In this document: piece by piece, positions 47,202-56,450 of the stretch
Layout: the number at the start of each line of letters is the position of its first letter
How positions within the stretch are numbered: position 1 is the stretch's first letter
NCBI GenBank assembly: GCA_965224125.1
Contig: OZ245038.1
Span: forward strand, 2,180,374 to 2,244,373
DNA: 64,000 nucleotides
From: Longimicrobiales bacterium
GTDB lineage: Bacteria > Gemmatimonadota > Gemmatimonadetes > Longimicrobiales > Gaopeijiaceae
Direction: 5' to 3'
Program-made: the position numbers and the translations under genes
The notes under the pieces: generated by a model
The model's input: only the letters and a program-made list of their open reading frames with translations
Databases searched by the model: none
Told to the model about the DNA's origin: nothing

Positions 47202-48659
47202 TCAGAAGAGGTCCCGAGCCTCCCAGAGGACCAGGGGATGGGGCAGTTCACCGGCGACCTCCACAAACGACTCCTTGAATCCGGAGGACGATACAAACAG
47301 CATAGGCGCGCCTGGCTCCAACGCCTTGTGGGCCCACCCGAGCCCACTGTCGGCCAGGCGTTGCAAGTCAGTGACGTGCTTCAGGAACACCGTCGCATCG
47401 ACAAGCCGGTTCTGCATCTTGACCGAGCCTGTCATGACTCTACCGTCCAAGAGCCTCGCAACCACGTCGATCTCGACATCGTCCCGGCTCAGGTCTCTTC
47501 CTGACCACTGCCCCCACTCTGCCACTCCCGGCAGGTCGCGGGCCTCCCAGTGCCGTACATATGCCTGGCGCACGACGTCCTCGAACACGTGCTGGCCGAC
47601 GTAGGTGGGGAAGACCTGTTTGGAGAGCCGTTCCTGCCAGACCGCACGGGGTCCTGCAGTCGCGATCGCGGACTCGTTCGGGACCACAAGTCCGTAATGC
47701 ATCCGCAAGGCGGGGTCCGCAATTCTGTACCGCAGTGCTTGATTTCGGGCTTCGTCGAAGCGCCGGTCAGCGGCGATGAATCCGAGGTCGGCGAGGTGGC
47801 TGGTCATGCGACGAACCCCGCTGTCGAGGGTCAGACCCATTGCCGCCGCGATTTCTCCGTTGCGGCGTCGCTTGGTTCCGATCGCCTGCAGGATTCCCTG
47901 GTAGGTTGCTCGGTCCCGAAGACCCTCCTCCTGTGCGAGCACGTTCTCCAACTGTAGGCGTACGCTTCCGTTCGGCGACAACAGGAGTCCGATGATGTTC
48001 TCGGCCAGTTCCTTCGAAGTGTCGACGAGGCTCAGATACTTGGGCACGCCTCCAAAGGCGGCGTAGGTGCGCACCCGATCGACGGGTCCGTACGCTGCGA
48101 TCATGTGTCCCGCATCGTAGTAGTCGAAGGGGCGGAGCTGGTGCGACCAATCGAGACGCCCGTGAAGGGGAGCCCCGCCGCTCTCCAAGGCCTCGAGCGT
48201 ACGTACTGCCGAACCAGCGAGGACCAGCAGCACCCCGCCGGACCGGTTGAGCGGTCCCTCCCACACGGCGTTCAGCTCGGACGTCAGTTCCAACAATCCG
48301 TTGCCCCCGCTCGCCATGTACTGGACCTCGTCCAAGACCACGACCAGGTTCTGTTGGGGCCGGAGTTCCAACAGCGTCCGGAAGACCGTCCGCCATGTGG
48401 GGTGGTCTTTGGGGCGAAGGTCCCGGCCGGACCAGCGTGACGCTTCCCTGATCAGCCCGCGGCGGTTGATCTCGGGCGACGTTGCCGAAGCGGTGAAATA
48501 GAAGGCCCGGTCCCGGCCCCACAGGTTGGTGAGAAGATAAGTCTTCCCTACGCGGCGGCGGCCGTACAGGAGCGCGAGCCGTCGCTGCCCGCTGTCAGCA
48601 AGCGCTTCGAGTTGGGCGCGTTCTAGTTCTCTATCGACGATAGGCAAAGTTCGGTCCAT
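47202..48659 (-). CDS. AAA ATPase of the DUF234/COG1672 (archaeal-type ATPase) family
   Basis: Walker A GRRRVGKT, Walker B VVVLDEVQ. C-terminal DUF234-like domain. The ORF table start (48668) is a TTG; the first ATG is at ~48659. Confidence 0.65.
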   Translation of the reverse strand: MDRTLPIVDRELERAQLEALADSGQRRLALLYGRRRVGKTYLLTNLWGRDRAFYFTASATSPEINRRGLIREASRWSGRDLRPKDHPTWRTVFRTLLELRPQQNLVVVLDEVQYMASGGNGLLELTSELNAVWEGPLNRSGGVLLVLAGSAVRTLEALESGGAPLHGRLDWSHQLRPFDYYDAGHMIAAYGPVDRVRTYAAFGGVPKYLSLVDTSKELAENIIGLLLSPNGSVRLQLENVLAQEEGLRDRATYQGILQAIGTKRRRNGEIAAAMGLTLDSGVRRMTSHLADLGFIAADRRFDEARNQALRYRIADPALRMHYGLVVPNESAIATAGPRAVWQERLSKQVFPTYVGQHVFEDVVRQAYVRHWEARDLPGVAEWGQWSGRDLSRDDVEIDVVARLLDGRVMTGSVKMQNRLVDATVFLKHVTDLQRLADSGLGWAHKALEPGAPMLFVSSSGFKESFVEVAGELPHPLVLWEARDLF

Positions 48660-48760
48660 TGTTGACAAATACGTTTGTCAACAAATATATATGGCAGCAA
48701 CTACATGTGGCAACAACCGTATGTGGCAGCAAACGCATGTCGCAACGATGCCGACCATGA
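48660..48760. promoter_or_regulatory. AT-rich divergent control region in an otherwise 66% GC sequence. Perfect-arm palindrome TTGTTGACAAA-tacg-TTTGTCAACAA carrying TTGACA on both strands, a TATATA -10-like element, then four ~16-bp tandem repeats (ATGTGGCAGCAAMNNN)
   Basis: The -35 TTGACA and the -10 TATATA with ~17-18 bp spacing point toward tesB. The repeats lie in the predicted 5' leader. A possible 30-codon uORF ends 4-5 nt before the tesB ATG. Confidence 0.5.
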
Positions 48761-48785
48761 CCAACCCCACCCCTAGCTGACGCCC

Positions 48786-49667
48786 ATGCATCCCTACTCG
48801 CAGCCGTTCACGGCGGCCGATCTGGTCGCCCTGCTGGACCTGGAGCCGCTCGAGGAGAACATCTATCGCGGCCAGAACCGCGACATCGGCACGCATCGGA
48901 TCTTCGGCGGACAGGTGCTGGCTCAGGCCCTGGCTGCGGCCCAACGGACGGTCGACGAAGACCGGCTGGTCCACTCGATGCACGGGTACTTCATCCTCGC
49001 GGGCGACCTCGACATTCCCGTGGTGTACTTCGTGGACCGACTTCGGGACGGAGGCTCGTTCACGACGCGGAGGGTCACGGCGATTCAGCACGGGCGAGCC
49101 ATCTTCAACATGGCTGCTTCGTTCCACAAACAAGAGGACAGCCTGGACCACCAGGCGCCGATGCCCGAGGTGCCTCCGCCCGACGCCATCCGCTCCGAGC
49201 TGGAGGTGATTCGCGAGCGCGCGGACGAAATCCTGGAGCGTGTGCGTGCCGTGCTCACCCAGGACCGACCGCTCGACTTCCGCCCCGTCGGGCAGCCCGA
49301 CCCGTTCGACACCTCGCCCCGAGCGCCCGAACGCATGTGCTGGGTACGCGCCAACGGGGCACTCGACGATGATCCGATGGTGCATCGCGCGGTGTTGGCC
49401 TACGCGTCGGACTACGGCTTGATCACGTCAGCGCTGTTGCCGCACGGGATGAGTGTTCGCGATCCCAAGATCATGGTGGCGAGCCTCGACCACGCCATCT
49501 GGTTTCATCGACCGTTCCGGGTGGACGAGTGGCTACTCTACGTGGTCGAGGGGCCAACCGCGTTTGGTGCTCGGGGCTTCGCGCGGGGCACCTACTATTC
49601 GCAGGACGGCACGCTGGTCGCCTCAGTGGCCCAGGAGGGACTGACGCGCCTGCGGCGTAAGGGCTAA
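48786..49667 (+). CDS. tesB: Acyl-CoA thioesterase II
   Basis: Double hot-dog TesB architecture. Conserved TesB-like N-terminus MHPYSQPFTAADLVALLDLEPLEENIYRGQNRDIGTHRIFGGQVLAQAL. Confidence 0.8.
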   Translation: MHPYSQPFTAADLVALLDLEPLEENIYRGQNRDIGTHRIFGGQVLAQALAAAQRTVDEDRLVHSMHGYFILAGDLDIPVVYFVDRLRDGGSFTTRRVTAIQHGRAIFNMAASFHKQEDSLDHQAPMPEVPPPDAIRSELEVIRERADEILERVRAVLTQDRPLDFRPVGQPDPFDTSPRAPERMCWVRANGALDDDPMVHRAVLAYASDYGLITSALLPHGMSVRDPKIMVASLDHAIWFHRPFRVDEWLLYVVEGPTAFGARGFARGTYYSQDGTLVASVAQEGLTRLRRKG

Positions 49668-49700
49668 GGGCGCGGCCCCCGCCCGGGTGACGGCCAAACG

Positions 49701-50585
49701 CTAACGCGCCCCGCGCAGTCGCTCGATTGCCGCTACCGTCACGTCAGCACGGAACTGTGCCAGCTTCTTGCCGATCTCCAGCCCTTCGGCCTCGTCGATG
49801 TGCAGGCTGTTGATGTGGTCCAGGCTGACCCTTTGGCGCTGCGGTAGCCGGATGTGCTCAGGGCTGTCGTTCATGATGAGCGACGAGATGTAGTAGTCAT
49901 CGTGATAGCCGTCGAGGTCTTTGTTCAGCTCGACCTTCCCCAGCACCTCGTTCTGGTACTTGAGGACGTCTCCGTAGTTGTAGTACTCGCGCACGTGGGC
50001 TACCAGCACATCCTCGCCTGCCCACTCACTGGCCAACGACTCGGCCACCTCGGCCAACATGCGCTGGTTGCTCCCGCTGTCTCCCAGGAAGAAGATCTCC
50101 TTGAAGCCCTGGCTCTTGAGACTCGTGGCCATGTCGGTCAGCACCGCGGCCAAGGTGGTCGGCGAAAGGACCAGTCGACCGGGCGTGGTGGTGCCGGTGG
50201 GGTCGCCCTGGTCCAGCATCACGATGGGCGCGACCAACGCCTTGCCAAGCGTTCGCGCAATGGCATCGCCGGTCACCTTCAGCACGTGGTTGTGCTTGCC
50301 CGTGGTGAGGTAGGGACCGTTCGACTCCATGGTGCCGTTCAGGATCAGTGCGGTGGTGTAGCCGTAGGTGGTCACCAGGTCGCGCATCTCCAGGATGGTC
50401 AGCTCCGACATCCACACGTTGTCGGCCATGGCAATTGGCCGCACCATGTCGTCCCCAAACGGAGCGGGGACGCGCTGATCGGGTGGACGAACCACCTCGG
50501 GCGGTGTCGGACGCTGCGCCTCGACCGCCGCTGGCCACATCAGCGCACCGACCACCGCATATAAGAAGCAGGTTCGCCGCGTCAT
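49701..50585 (-). CDS. Creatininase-family (creatinine amidohydrolase-like) protein, apparently secreted
   Basis: Family-like segments ILNGTMESNGPYLTTGKHN and EIFFLGDSGSN. Signal peptide. Start taken at the internal Met. Overlaps the prfC stop. Confidence 0.45.
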   Translation of the reverse strand: MTRRTCFLYAVVGALMWPAAVEAQRPTPPEVVRPPDQRVPAPFGDDMVRPIAMADNVWMSELTILEMRDLVTTYGYTTALILNGTMESNGPYLTTGKHNHVLKVTGDAIARTLGKALVAPIVMLDQGDPTGTTTPGRLVLSPTTLAAVLTDMATSLKSQGFKEIFFLGDSGSNQRMLAEVAESLASEWAGEDVLVAHVREYYNYGDVLKYQNEVLGKVELNKDLDGYHDDYYISSLIMNDSPEHIRLPQRQRVSLDHINSLHIDEAEGLEIGKKLAQFRADVTVAAIERLRGAR

Positions 50586-52189
50586 GAGTCTCTCCTGGGT
50601 TGCACGTCGTGGAAGGTGAGCGCGTCCAACTGCTCCTCGCTCTTCTTCATGGTCCATTCCGAATCAAACAGGACGATCGGATACCCGTCGACGTCCTGTA
50701 CCAGTCGGCGATCGTGCCACCCGGAGATCTTGTCGATCTCGGATTCGGGGCCCGTGACCCAGCGCGCGCATTTGAAAGCGAGCGGCTCCAATCGCACCCG
50801 CGCACTGTACTCGCGTTCGAGGCGATCCACCAGCACCTCGAACTGGAGTTGGCCCACGGCGCCGACGATGGGGATGGGGCCCGTGATGGCGTCGGCAAAT
50901 AGCAGGAGCACCGTCCCCTCTTCGGCGAGGTGCCTCAACCCCTGGTCCAGTTGCTTTCGTCGCATCGGGTCGGCGAGTTGGATCTGGGCGAAGCGCTCCG
51001 GAGAGAATCGCGGCACACCGGGGTAGTGCACATCTGGCTCGACGGTCACGGTGTCACCCACGCGCAGGTTGCCCCGGTCGTGCAGGCCCACCACGTCACC
51101 AGCCACCGCATCCTCTGTGTGGCTCCGCTCTCTGGCCATGAACTCCTGAGGTCGACTCAAACGGATCGCTTTGCCCGTGCGTGAGATTACCGCGTCGGCC
51201 CCGGGCTCGAACTGTCCGGAACAGATGCGTAGGAAGGCCACCCGATCGCGATGTCGCAGGTCCATGTTGGCCTGGACCTTGAACACGAAGCCCGAGAACG
51301 GCGTCTCGACCGGATCGATCCAACCTCGGTCGGAGCTCTGACGGGGTGCGGGGGGAGGCGCGCGCTGTAGAAAGCGGTCGAGCAGTACGTCCACGCCAAA
51401 GTTGGTGAGCGCGCTGCCGAAGTAGACCGGCGTGGCTTCCCCCTCGTCCACCGCGTCGGGCGAGACCTCTTCGCCAGCCACTTCCAACAGCTCGACCTCC
51501 TCCCAGAGACGTTCGGTGTCGTCCTTTCCGAGCGCCTCGATCAACGCGTCGTCCTCGAGAGCGTATTCCCGTGAGTCCGGGATCGACTGCCCGTGGTCCT
51601 CACCACGGGTGTACAGCACCGCCTTCTGGTCCTCGCGGTCGTAGACGCCCACCAGGCGTCCCTCCTGCCGGATGGGCCAGTTGGCCGCGAAGGCCTGAAT
51701 GCCCAGGTCCTTCTGCACGTCGTCGATCAGCTTGAGGGGGTCCTCGCCCTCGCGGTCGCACTTGTTCACGAAGGTGAAGATCGGGAGGCGCCGTCGCTTG
51801 CACACGCTGAACAGCTTACGCGTTTGCGCCTCCACACCACGCCGGTTGTCCAGCAGCATGATGGCGCTGTCGGCTGCCATGAGAGCCCGGTAGGTGTCTT
51901 CGGAGAAGTCCTGGTGACCGGGCGTGTCCAGCAGGTTGATGCGATAGCCGCGATAGTCGAAGTGTAGCACGCTGGCCGTTATGGAGATGCCCCTTTCCTT
52001 CTCCATGTCCAACCAGTCAGAGGTGGCCATGCGTTCCGCCTTGCGACCTCGCACCGAACCCGCAATCTGGATGGCTCCACCGAAGAGGAGGAGCTTCTCG
52101 GTGAGCGTGGTCTTGCCGGCGTCCGGGTGACTGATGATGGCGAACGTGCGGCGGCGAGCGACTTCCTTGGCGAGAGCAGCGTTCGTCAC
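50582..52189 (-). CDS. prfC: Peptide chain release factor 3 (GTPase)
   Basis: G1 AIISHPDAGKTTLTEKLL, G3 DTPGHQDF, G4 NKCD. ~535 aa from the GTG start at 52189. The longer ORF-table N-terminal extension is rejected. The start overlaps the upstream membrane-protein stop (GTGA). Confidence 0.9.
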   Translation of the reverse strand: MTNAALAKEVARRRTFAIISHPDAGKTTLTEKLLLFGGAIQIAGSVRGRKAERMATSDWLDMEKERGISITASVLHFDYRGYRINLLDTPGHQDFSEDTYRALMAADSAIMLLDNRRGVEAQTRKLFSVCKRRRLPIFTFVNKCDREGEDPLKLIDDVQKDLGIQAFAANWPIRQEGRLVGVYDREDQKAVLYTRGEDHGQSIPDSREYALEDDALIEALGKDDTERLWEEVELLEVAGEEVSPDAVDEGEATPVYFGSALTNFGVDVLLDRFLQRAPPPAPRQSSDRGWIDPVETPFSGFVFKVQANMDLRHRDRVAFLRICSGQFEPGADAVISRTGKAIRLSRPQEFMARERSHTEDAVAGDVVGLHDRGNLRVGDTVTVEPDVHYPGVPRFSPERFAQIQLADPMRRKQLDQGLRHLAEEGTVLLLFADAITGPIPIVGAVGQLQFEVLVDRLEREYSARVRLEPLAFKCARWVTGPESEIDKISGWHDRRLVQDVDGYPIVLFDSEWTMKKSEEQLDALTFHDVQPRRDS

Positions 52190-53361
52190 TGGGCCGCCTC
52201 CTTCCACACCATCGCCCAGAGCAGGAGCGAACCGCTGAAGGCCAACCCGGCCACCAGGGCCATACGGGGCAGGGCACCCAGTACGCATAGGAGGCAGAAC
52301 ACCAGGGCGGCGATTCGTAGGGCCCCCCGGGGCTGCCCCGCGGTCAGCAGCCACAGGAAAGCGGGGAAGACGTACACGGCATAGCGCGCTTTCGTCTCGG
52401 GCAGCACCACGTAGAGGGCGGACGTCCAAAGCGCGAGGGCCGCCAACGGCGCGTGGGCGTCCGACAGGCGTGCCTTCACTCGCCAGGTGGCCCAGAGCGT
52501 CATTGCCACAACGCCCACGCGCAGCATCCATCCCAGTGCCGACGAGACGCCAGGGGCGTGGACATGGGGGAGTGGGTACAGATCATGAAAATCAGGACTG
52601 TGGGAGAGATATCGGAGCAGCACGGCATCGAGGCCCTGGTTGGTGACCGACCCTGGACCCAATGCCAGGTAGCCCGCCACCCGACCCCCCTCACCGAGCA
52701 GCATCTCGTTCACGAAGCCCAGGGCCAGGGGGATCGTACGCGACCCGAACGTCACGAAGGGTAGCGCCAGGCCGAAAACCATCAATCCCACCCCCAGAAA
52801 GACGACCGCACGCACCGGCCTGGATCGGACCAATAGCATCGGTGCCAAGAATAGCGGATAGAGCTTGATGGTCGCGGGGGCGGCGAGCGACATGCCAGCG
52901 AGTCCGTCGCGCGAGTGGGCCAACCCCCATGCCGCTGCCAACCAGCAGCACGTAAAGAGCGAGCTGAACTGCCCCACCTGGAGGCTGGCTGAGCTGAGTG
53001 CGAACAGGATGGCCAACGCCCAGAGCTCGACCTCGCGGGTGGACGGCCCCACCGCCAGCAGGCGCCTCGTGAACCACACGCTCGCCCCCACCAGCCCCAG
53101 GTTGAACAAGGCCCAGACCAATCCGGCGCCCAGCGGACCCAGTCTACTGAGCCAAACGAAGGGCCAGATGCCTGCCGGTGGGATGGTCCGGTACCAGCCA
53201 CTGGGCTCATCTGCTGCAGCGTAGTACTCCGGGCCGGCCCCCTCGGCCAGCACCTCACCCGAGCGGAAGAAGACGCCGAAGTCGCTCGCTTCCCGCGAAG
53301 CCCGAGAGACCAGGGAGGCGGCTTGGACGATGAGGACCACCAGCGCCAGTGCCGCCACCAC
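52186..53361 (-). CDS. Polytopic membrane protein, GT87/DUF2029-like glycosyltransferase
   Basis: At least 10 predicted transmembrane helices with loop motifs typical of GT-C mannosyltransferase-like proteins. Weak assignment. Confidence 0.4.
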   Translation of the reverse strand: MVAALALVVLIVQAASLVSRASREASDFGVFFRSGEVLAEGAGPEYYAAADEPSGWYRTIPPAGIWPFVWLSRLGPLGAGLVWALFNLGLVGASVWFTRRLLAVGPSTREVELWALAILFALSSASLQVGQFSSLFTCCWLAAAWGLAHSRDGLAGMSLAAPATIKLYPLFLAPMLLVRSRPVRAVVFLGVGLMVFGLALPFVTFGSRTIPLALGFVNEMLLGEGGRVAGYLALGPGSVTNQGLDAVLLRYLSHSPDFHDLYPLPHVHAPGVSSALGWMLRVGVVAMTLWATWRVKARLSDAHAPLAALALWTSALYVVLPETKARYAVYVFPAFLWLLTAGQPRGALRIAALVFCLLCVLGALPRMALVAGLAFSGSLLLWAMVWKEAAQ

Positions 53362-53401
53362 CTGCGCGGCTCTCAGCCGGCGACCGCCTCCGTTGTCGAT
53401 C

Positions 53402-53848
53402 TTAACCTTCTAGCGCCGTGCTGATCTGCCCCAGGTGTCGTTCGTTGTGCCACGCCACCTTGTCGAACTCGTCCTTCAGCGTGCGTAGCCCCGTGGCGCT
53501 GTGATTCCACTCGAGGTGCCCGTGCGACGCGTAGTTCCGCTCGGCGCGGTAGATCACGCCCGCCCGACAGGCACTGTACACGTCGCGCGCAATCTCTAGC
53601 GGCATCGTCGAATAACCGAGCTCGCGTACCCAGGCGTCTTGATCGAACCCCCAGAGCACGCCGCCGCCCTCACCCAGCACCCTCCGAACCCGTTCGTACA
53701 GGACCGACTCTGCGTCCGCGAGATGGTGCAGGATCTCTCTCACGGACCACTTGCCTGGTCCGTACCGGCGCGCGAGGTCGGGCTCGGGTAGCTCGAAGAG
53801 CGGGAGTGTCCGGTCGCGGGTCGAAGTCAACTCCTCGATGATCGACAT
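53402..53848 (-). CDS. DinB-family (DinB_2 four-helix-bundle, metal-dependent) protein
   Basis: His-rich helix-bundle pattern (REILHHLADAESV, HNERHLGQI). Confidence 0.6.
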   Translation of the reverse strand: MSIIEELTSTRDRTLPLFELPEPDLARRYGPGKWSVREILHHLADAESVLYERVRRVLGEGGGVLWGFDQDAWVRELGYSTMPLEIARDVYSACRAGVIYRAERNYASHGHLEWNHSATGLRTLKDEFDKVAWHNERHLGQISTALEG

Positions 53849-53962
53849 GGTGAGAACCTCGGGCCTCGCCCCCCCAGGGGCAATCCAGTTGACCGTGTCC
53901 TGAGATAGCCGACCTTACCGCCTTCTAGTGTGGGCCCCCCGCACCCTGTCTAGGAACGTCGG

Positions 53963-56440
53963 ATGAAACCACGATTCGTCCTGTCGGTTGTCGTGCTTTG
54001 CGCGCTTTCTACTCCATTGCAACCGCTGGTGGCCCAGCGGGTGGCAAACCCGGAAGGGCCCCGCGTGCCCGTGGCGTTGACTGTCAGCGGAGGCAAGAGC
54101 CTAGGGTCGTATCAGGCCGGACTCAACTGGGGGTTGATCCAGGGGATGAAGCATTCGCTCGGTCCCCACGGCCACGACCACAGCCGAGCCTATGACTTGC
54201 TGGCGGTCACCGGGGCGTCGGCAGGCAACATCAACGCGCTCATCTCGGCGGTGGAGTGGTGCGATGATCGCCCCCTGAATCCCCCGGAGGAGAGCCTCTT
54301 CTTCAAGATCTGGGTTCGCACCGGGTGGGAGCAGCTCCTGACGACCGCGCCCTACCGTGAACAGCGCACGGACACCCGATCGATCCTGCATCGTGATTTC
54401 TTCGAACGGCACTTCGACGACATCAACCTCGCACTGGCCGAGGCCAGCCCCACCGATTGCGATCTGCCGATCGGCATCACGCTGACCAAGCAGGTGCGCG
54501 GATCGATCGCCCTGGGCCAGCTCGACATTCCTACGCAGAGGTTCGTGGCCACGGTGCGGCTGGTCACGGTTGGAGAGGGCGAAGATGCTGAGCTACGGTT
54601 CGCATTGGCCGACAGTGCCCTACAGGCCGATGCAACGGTCGGCAAGCGGGTGTACCCCGATTTGATTGATCTGGAGATCAGCGCGGAGGGATATGAGCTG
54701 ATACCGTCTAGGACCGCCTACAAACTGACGGCCGCGTCCAGCGCGTTTCCGCTCGCGTTCGAACCCGAGGTTCTCCGCCTCATCGATCCTGAAATCCCGC
54801 TCGACGAGTGCCCGCAAGCATCGCGGGTCCCCGAGCGGGGCTGTCGTGTGCACGCGAACTACCTGGATGGCGGGCTGTTCGACAACAGTCCCCTGGACTT
54901 GGCGCTGCATCTGTTCGGGCACCGACGGGACAGCATCCCAACCCCTGAGGCAGACACGCTGGCCCGCTTGGTATACATCGAGGCAGGTGAGTACAGGGAC
55001 TCCCTGGCCATCGTCCGTCGTGCCCGGGACGAGACTGAACGGCAAGGGACCGCCGCCGCATTGCAGATGGTGAGCCAGGCCATTCCGGCCGCTCGGAAGT
55101 ATGAGCTGCACTCACTGGCCCGTACGCTGCGCGGCGAGTCGGAAGGTAGTCGCGACGAGTGGCTGCGTGTCACGGATCGGGCCTTTCCTATTGTGGGGGA
55201 ACACCTAGCGGGGTTTGCCGGATTCCTGGGACGGCCTTTCCGAGAATTCGACTTCTACGTGGGAGTGTACGATGCCCTCCATTTCATGGCCGTGGAGCTG
55301 TGTCCGGAGGAGCAAACCCGCGCCACCAAGTACAGCGCGACCGCGCCCCGCTCGTGCGAGGCGCCACTTCTCCGCTCGTTGATCGAGGATGACGCGCTCG
55401 AGCTGGGCCCCTACGCCCCCCCTGTGATGGCCGCGTTGTATGCGCATGAGTTTGGGCAGCAAGCCGGTGTGGCAGTACCTCAGGTCCGTTGGCCAGACTC
55501 CGATGACGGCCGCACCGTCATCTTCAAGAACCTACTTCAGTCCAGCTTCCAACTCCTGAGCGGTGAAGAGTCGGACTGTACAGGTCGTGGGGCCGTGGAG
55601 CGCTTGGTGTGCGTGGGGGGCTTCGACCAGATCCTGACCTCGCTTCGAACCGACACCGCGGCCATGCGTGTCATCGACGACTGGTCGGGTCGCGAGGGAT
55701 GTGGGAGGAGTAGTTGGCCGACGGCTCAGGTCGATGGCTGCCTGGCGGACTACACGTTCAAAGAACTGGTCCGTAACCCGCCCCTCTTCATGAGCCGGAC
55801 TGCCGAACAGGTGCTGCGGCAGCTCTGGCGGGTGGAAGCGGGGTTGTCCGCTGAGGACCAGAGAAACCAGAAGCAGTTGGTTCAGTTCTTCGAGCTGTGG
55901 TTCAGGTCGGCGTGGGGCAAGTACCAGGACGCTTGGGACACCGACCCTTCCACCATCCCTGATGGAGAATCGACCTGGAACTGGTTGTTCCACCTGGCGC
56001 CACACCAGTTGTCCGTGGCAGCCGGGACCCGGGGCGGGGACGTTTGGGGATTGCGGCCCACGTACCACTTCGGACCGGACTGGGCCTTGGTGGCGCCCCT
56101 TTCCCTGACGTTCAACCGTCCCGTGGAAGACCCGGACGAGCGTTGGCGGGGACACGCCGGGTTCGGCGTTCTGAAGAAGACCGAGAGCCTGATGTTGAGC
56201 GGGTGGCAGCTTACCGGCGACGTACTGCGTGCCACGAGTTGGAGCTCAGCGGACACCAGCAACCGGGACCTGTGGGGCGCAACGCTGACGACCTACTTCT
56301 TCGCCGGGAAACTCACCACCTCGCTTCGCTGGCTGCCCCGGAACGAGTCCGAACTGTACAGCGGCGACGACTTCGCGGTCATTCTCGGGGTATCGGACTT
56401 CAACGGGTTGCTCTACTGGCTGGTGCGGGGATTGTCCTAG
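53963..56440 (+). CDS. Patatin-like phospholipase with large C-terminal extension (DUF3376-like)
   Basis: Oxyanion-hole GGKSLGSYQAG, nucleophile GASAG, catalytic DGG (LDGGLFDNSPL). Signal peptide. ~500-aa C-terminal domain of unknown function. Confidence 0.75.
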   Translation: MKPRFVLSVVVLCALSTPLQPLVAQRVANPEGPRVPVALTVSGGKSLGSYQAGLNWGLIQGMKHSLGPHGHDHSRAYDLLAVTGASAGNINALISAVEWCDDRPLNPPEESLFFKIWVRTGWEQLLTTAPYREQRTDTRSILHRDFFERHFDDINLALAEASPTDCDLPIGITLTKQVRGSIALGQLDIPTQRFVATVRLVTVGEGEDAELRFALADSALQADATVGKRVYPDLIDLEISAEGYELIPSRTAYKLTAASSAFPLAFEPEVLRLIDPEIPLDECPQASRVPERGCRVHANYLDGGLFDNSPLDLALHLFGHRRDSIPTPEADTLARLVYIEAGEYRDSLAIVRRARDETERQGTAAALQMVSQAIPAARKYELHSLARTLRGESEGSRDEWLRVTDRAFPIVGEHLAGFAGFLGRPFREFDFYVGVYDALHFMAVELCPEEQTRATKYSATAPRSCEAPLLRSLIEDDALELGPYAPPVMAALYAHEFGQQAGVAVPQVRWPDSDDGRTVIFKNLLQSSFQLLSGEESDCTGRGAVERLVCVGGFDQILTSLRTDTAAMRVIDDWSGREGCGRSSWPTAQVDGCLADYTFKELVRNPPLFMSRTAEQVLRQLWRVEAGLSAEDQRNQKQLVQFFELWFRSAWGKYQDAWDTDPSTIPDGESTWNWLFHLAPHQLSVAAGTRGGDVWGLRPTYHFGPDWALVAPLSLTFNRPVEDPDERWRGHAGFGVLKKTESLMLSGWQLTGDVLRATSWSSADTSNRDLWGATLTTYFFAGKLTTSLRWLPRNESELYSGDDFAVILGVSDFNGLLYWLVRGLS

Positions 56441-56450
56441 GGGGGACGGG

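Noticed and set aside
50582-52531. 649-aa version of prfC with a 113-aa N-terminal extension
   Set aside because: The extension is Arg/Pro/Gly-rich and overlaps the upstream membrane-protein gene. The GTG at 52189 gives the canonical RF3 length, with the G1 motif ~20 aa from the start.
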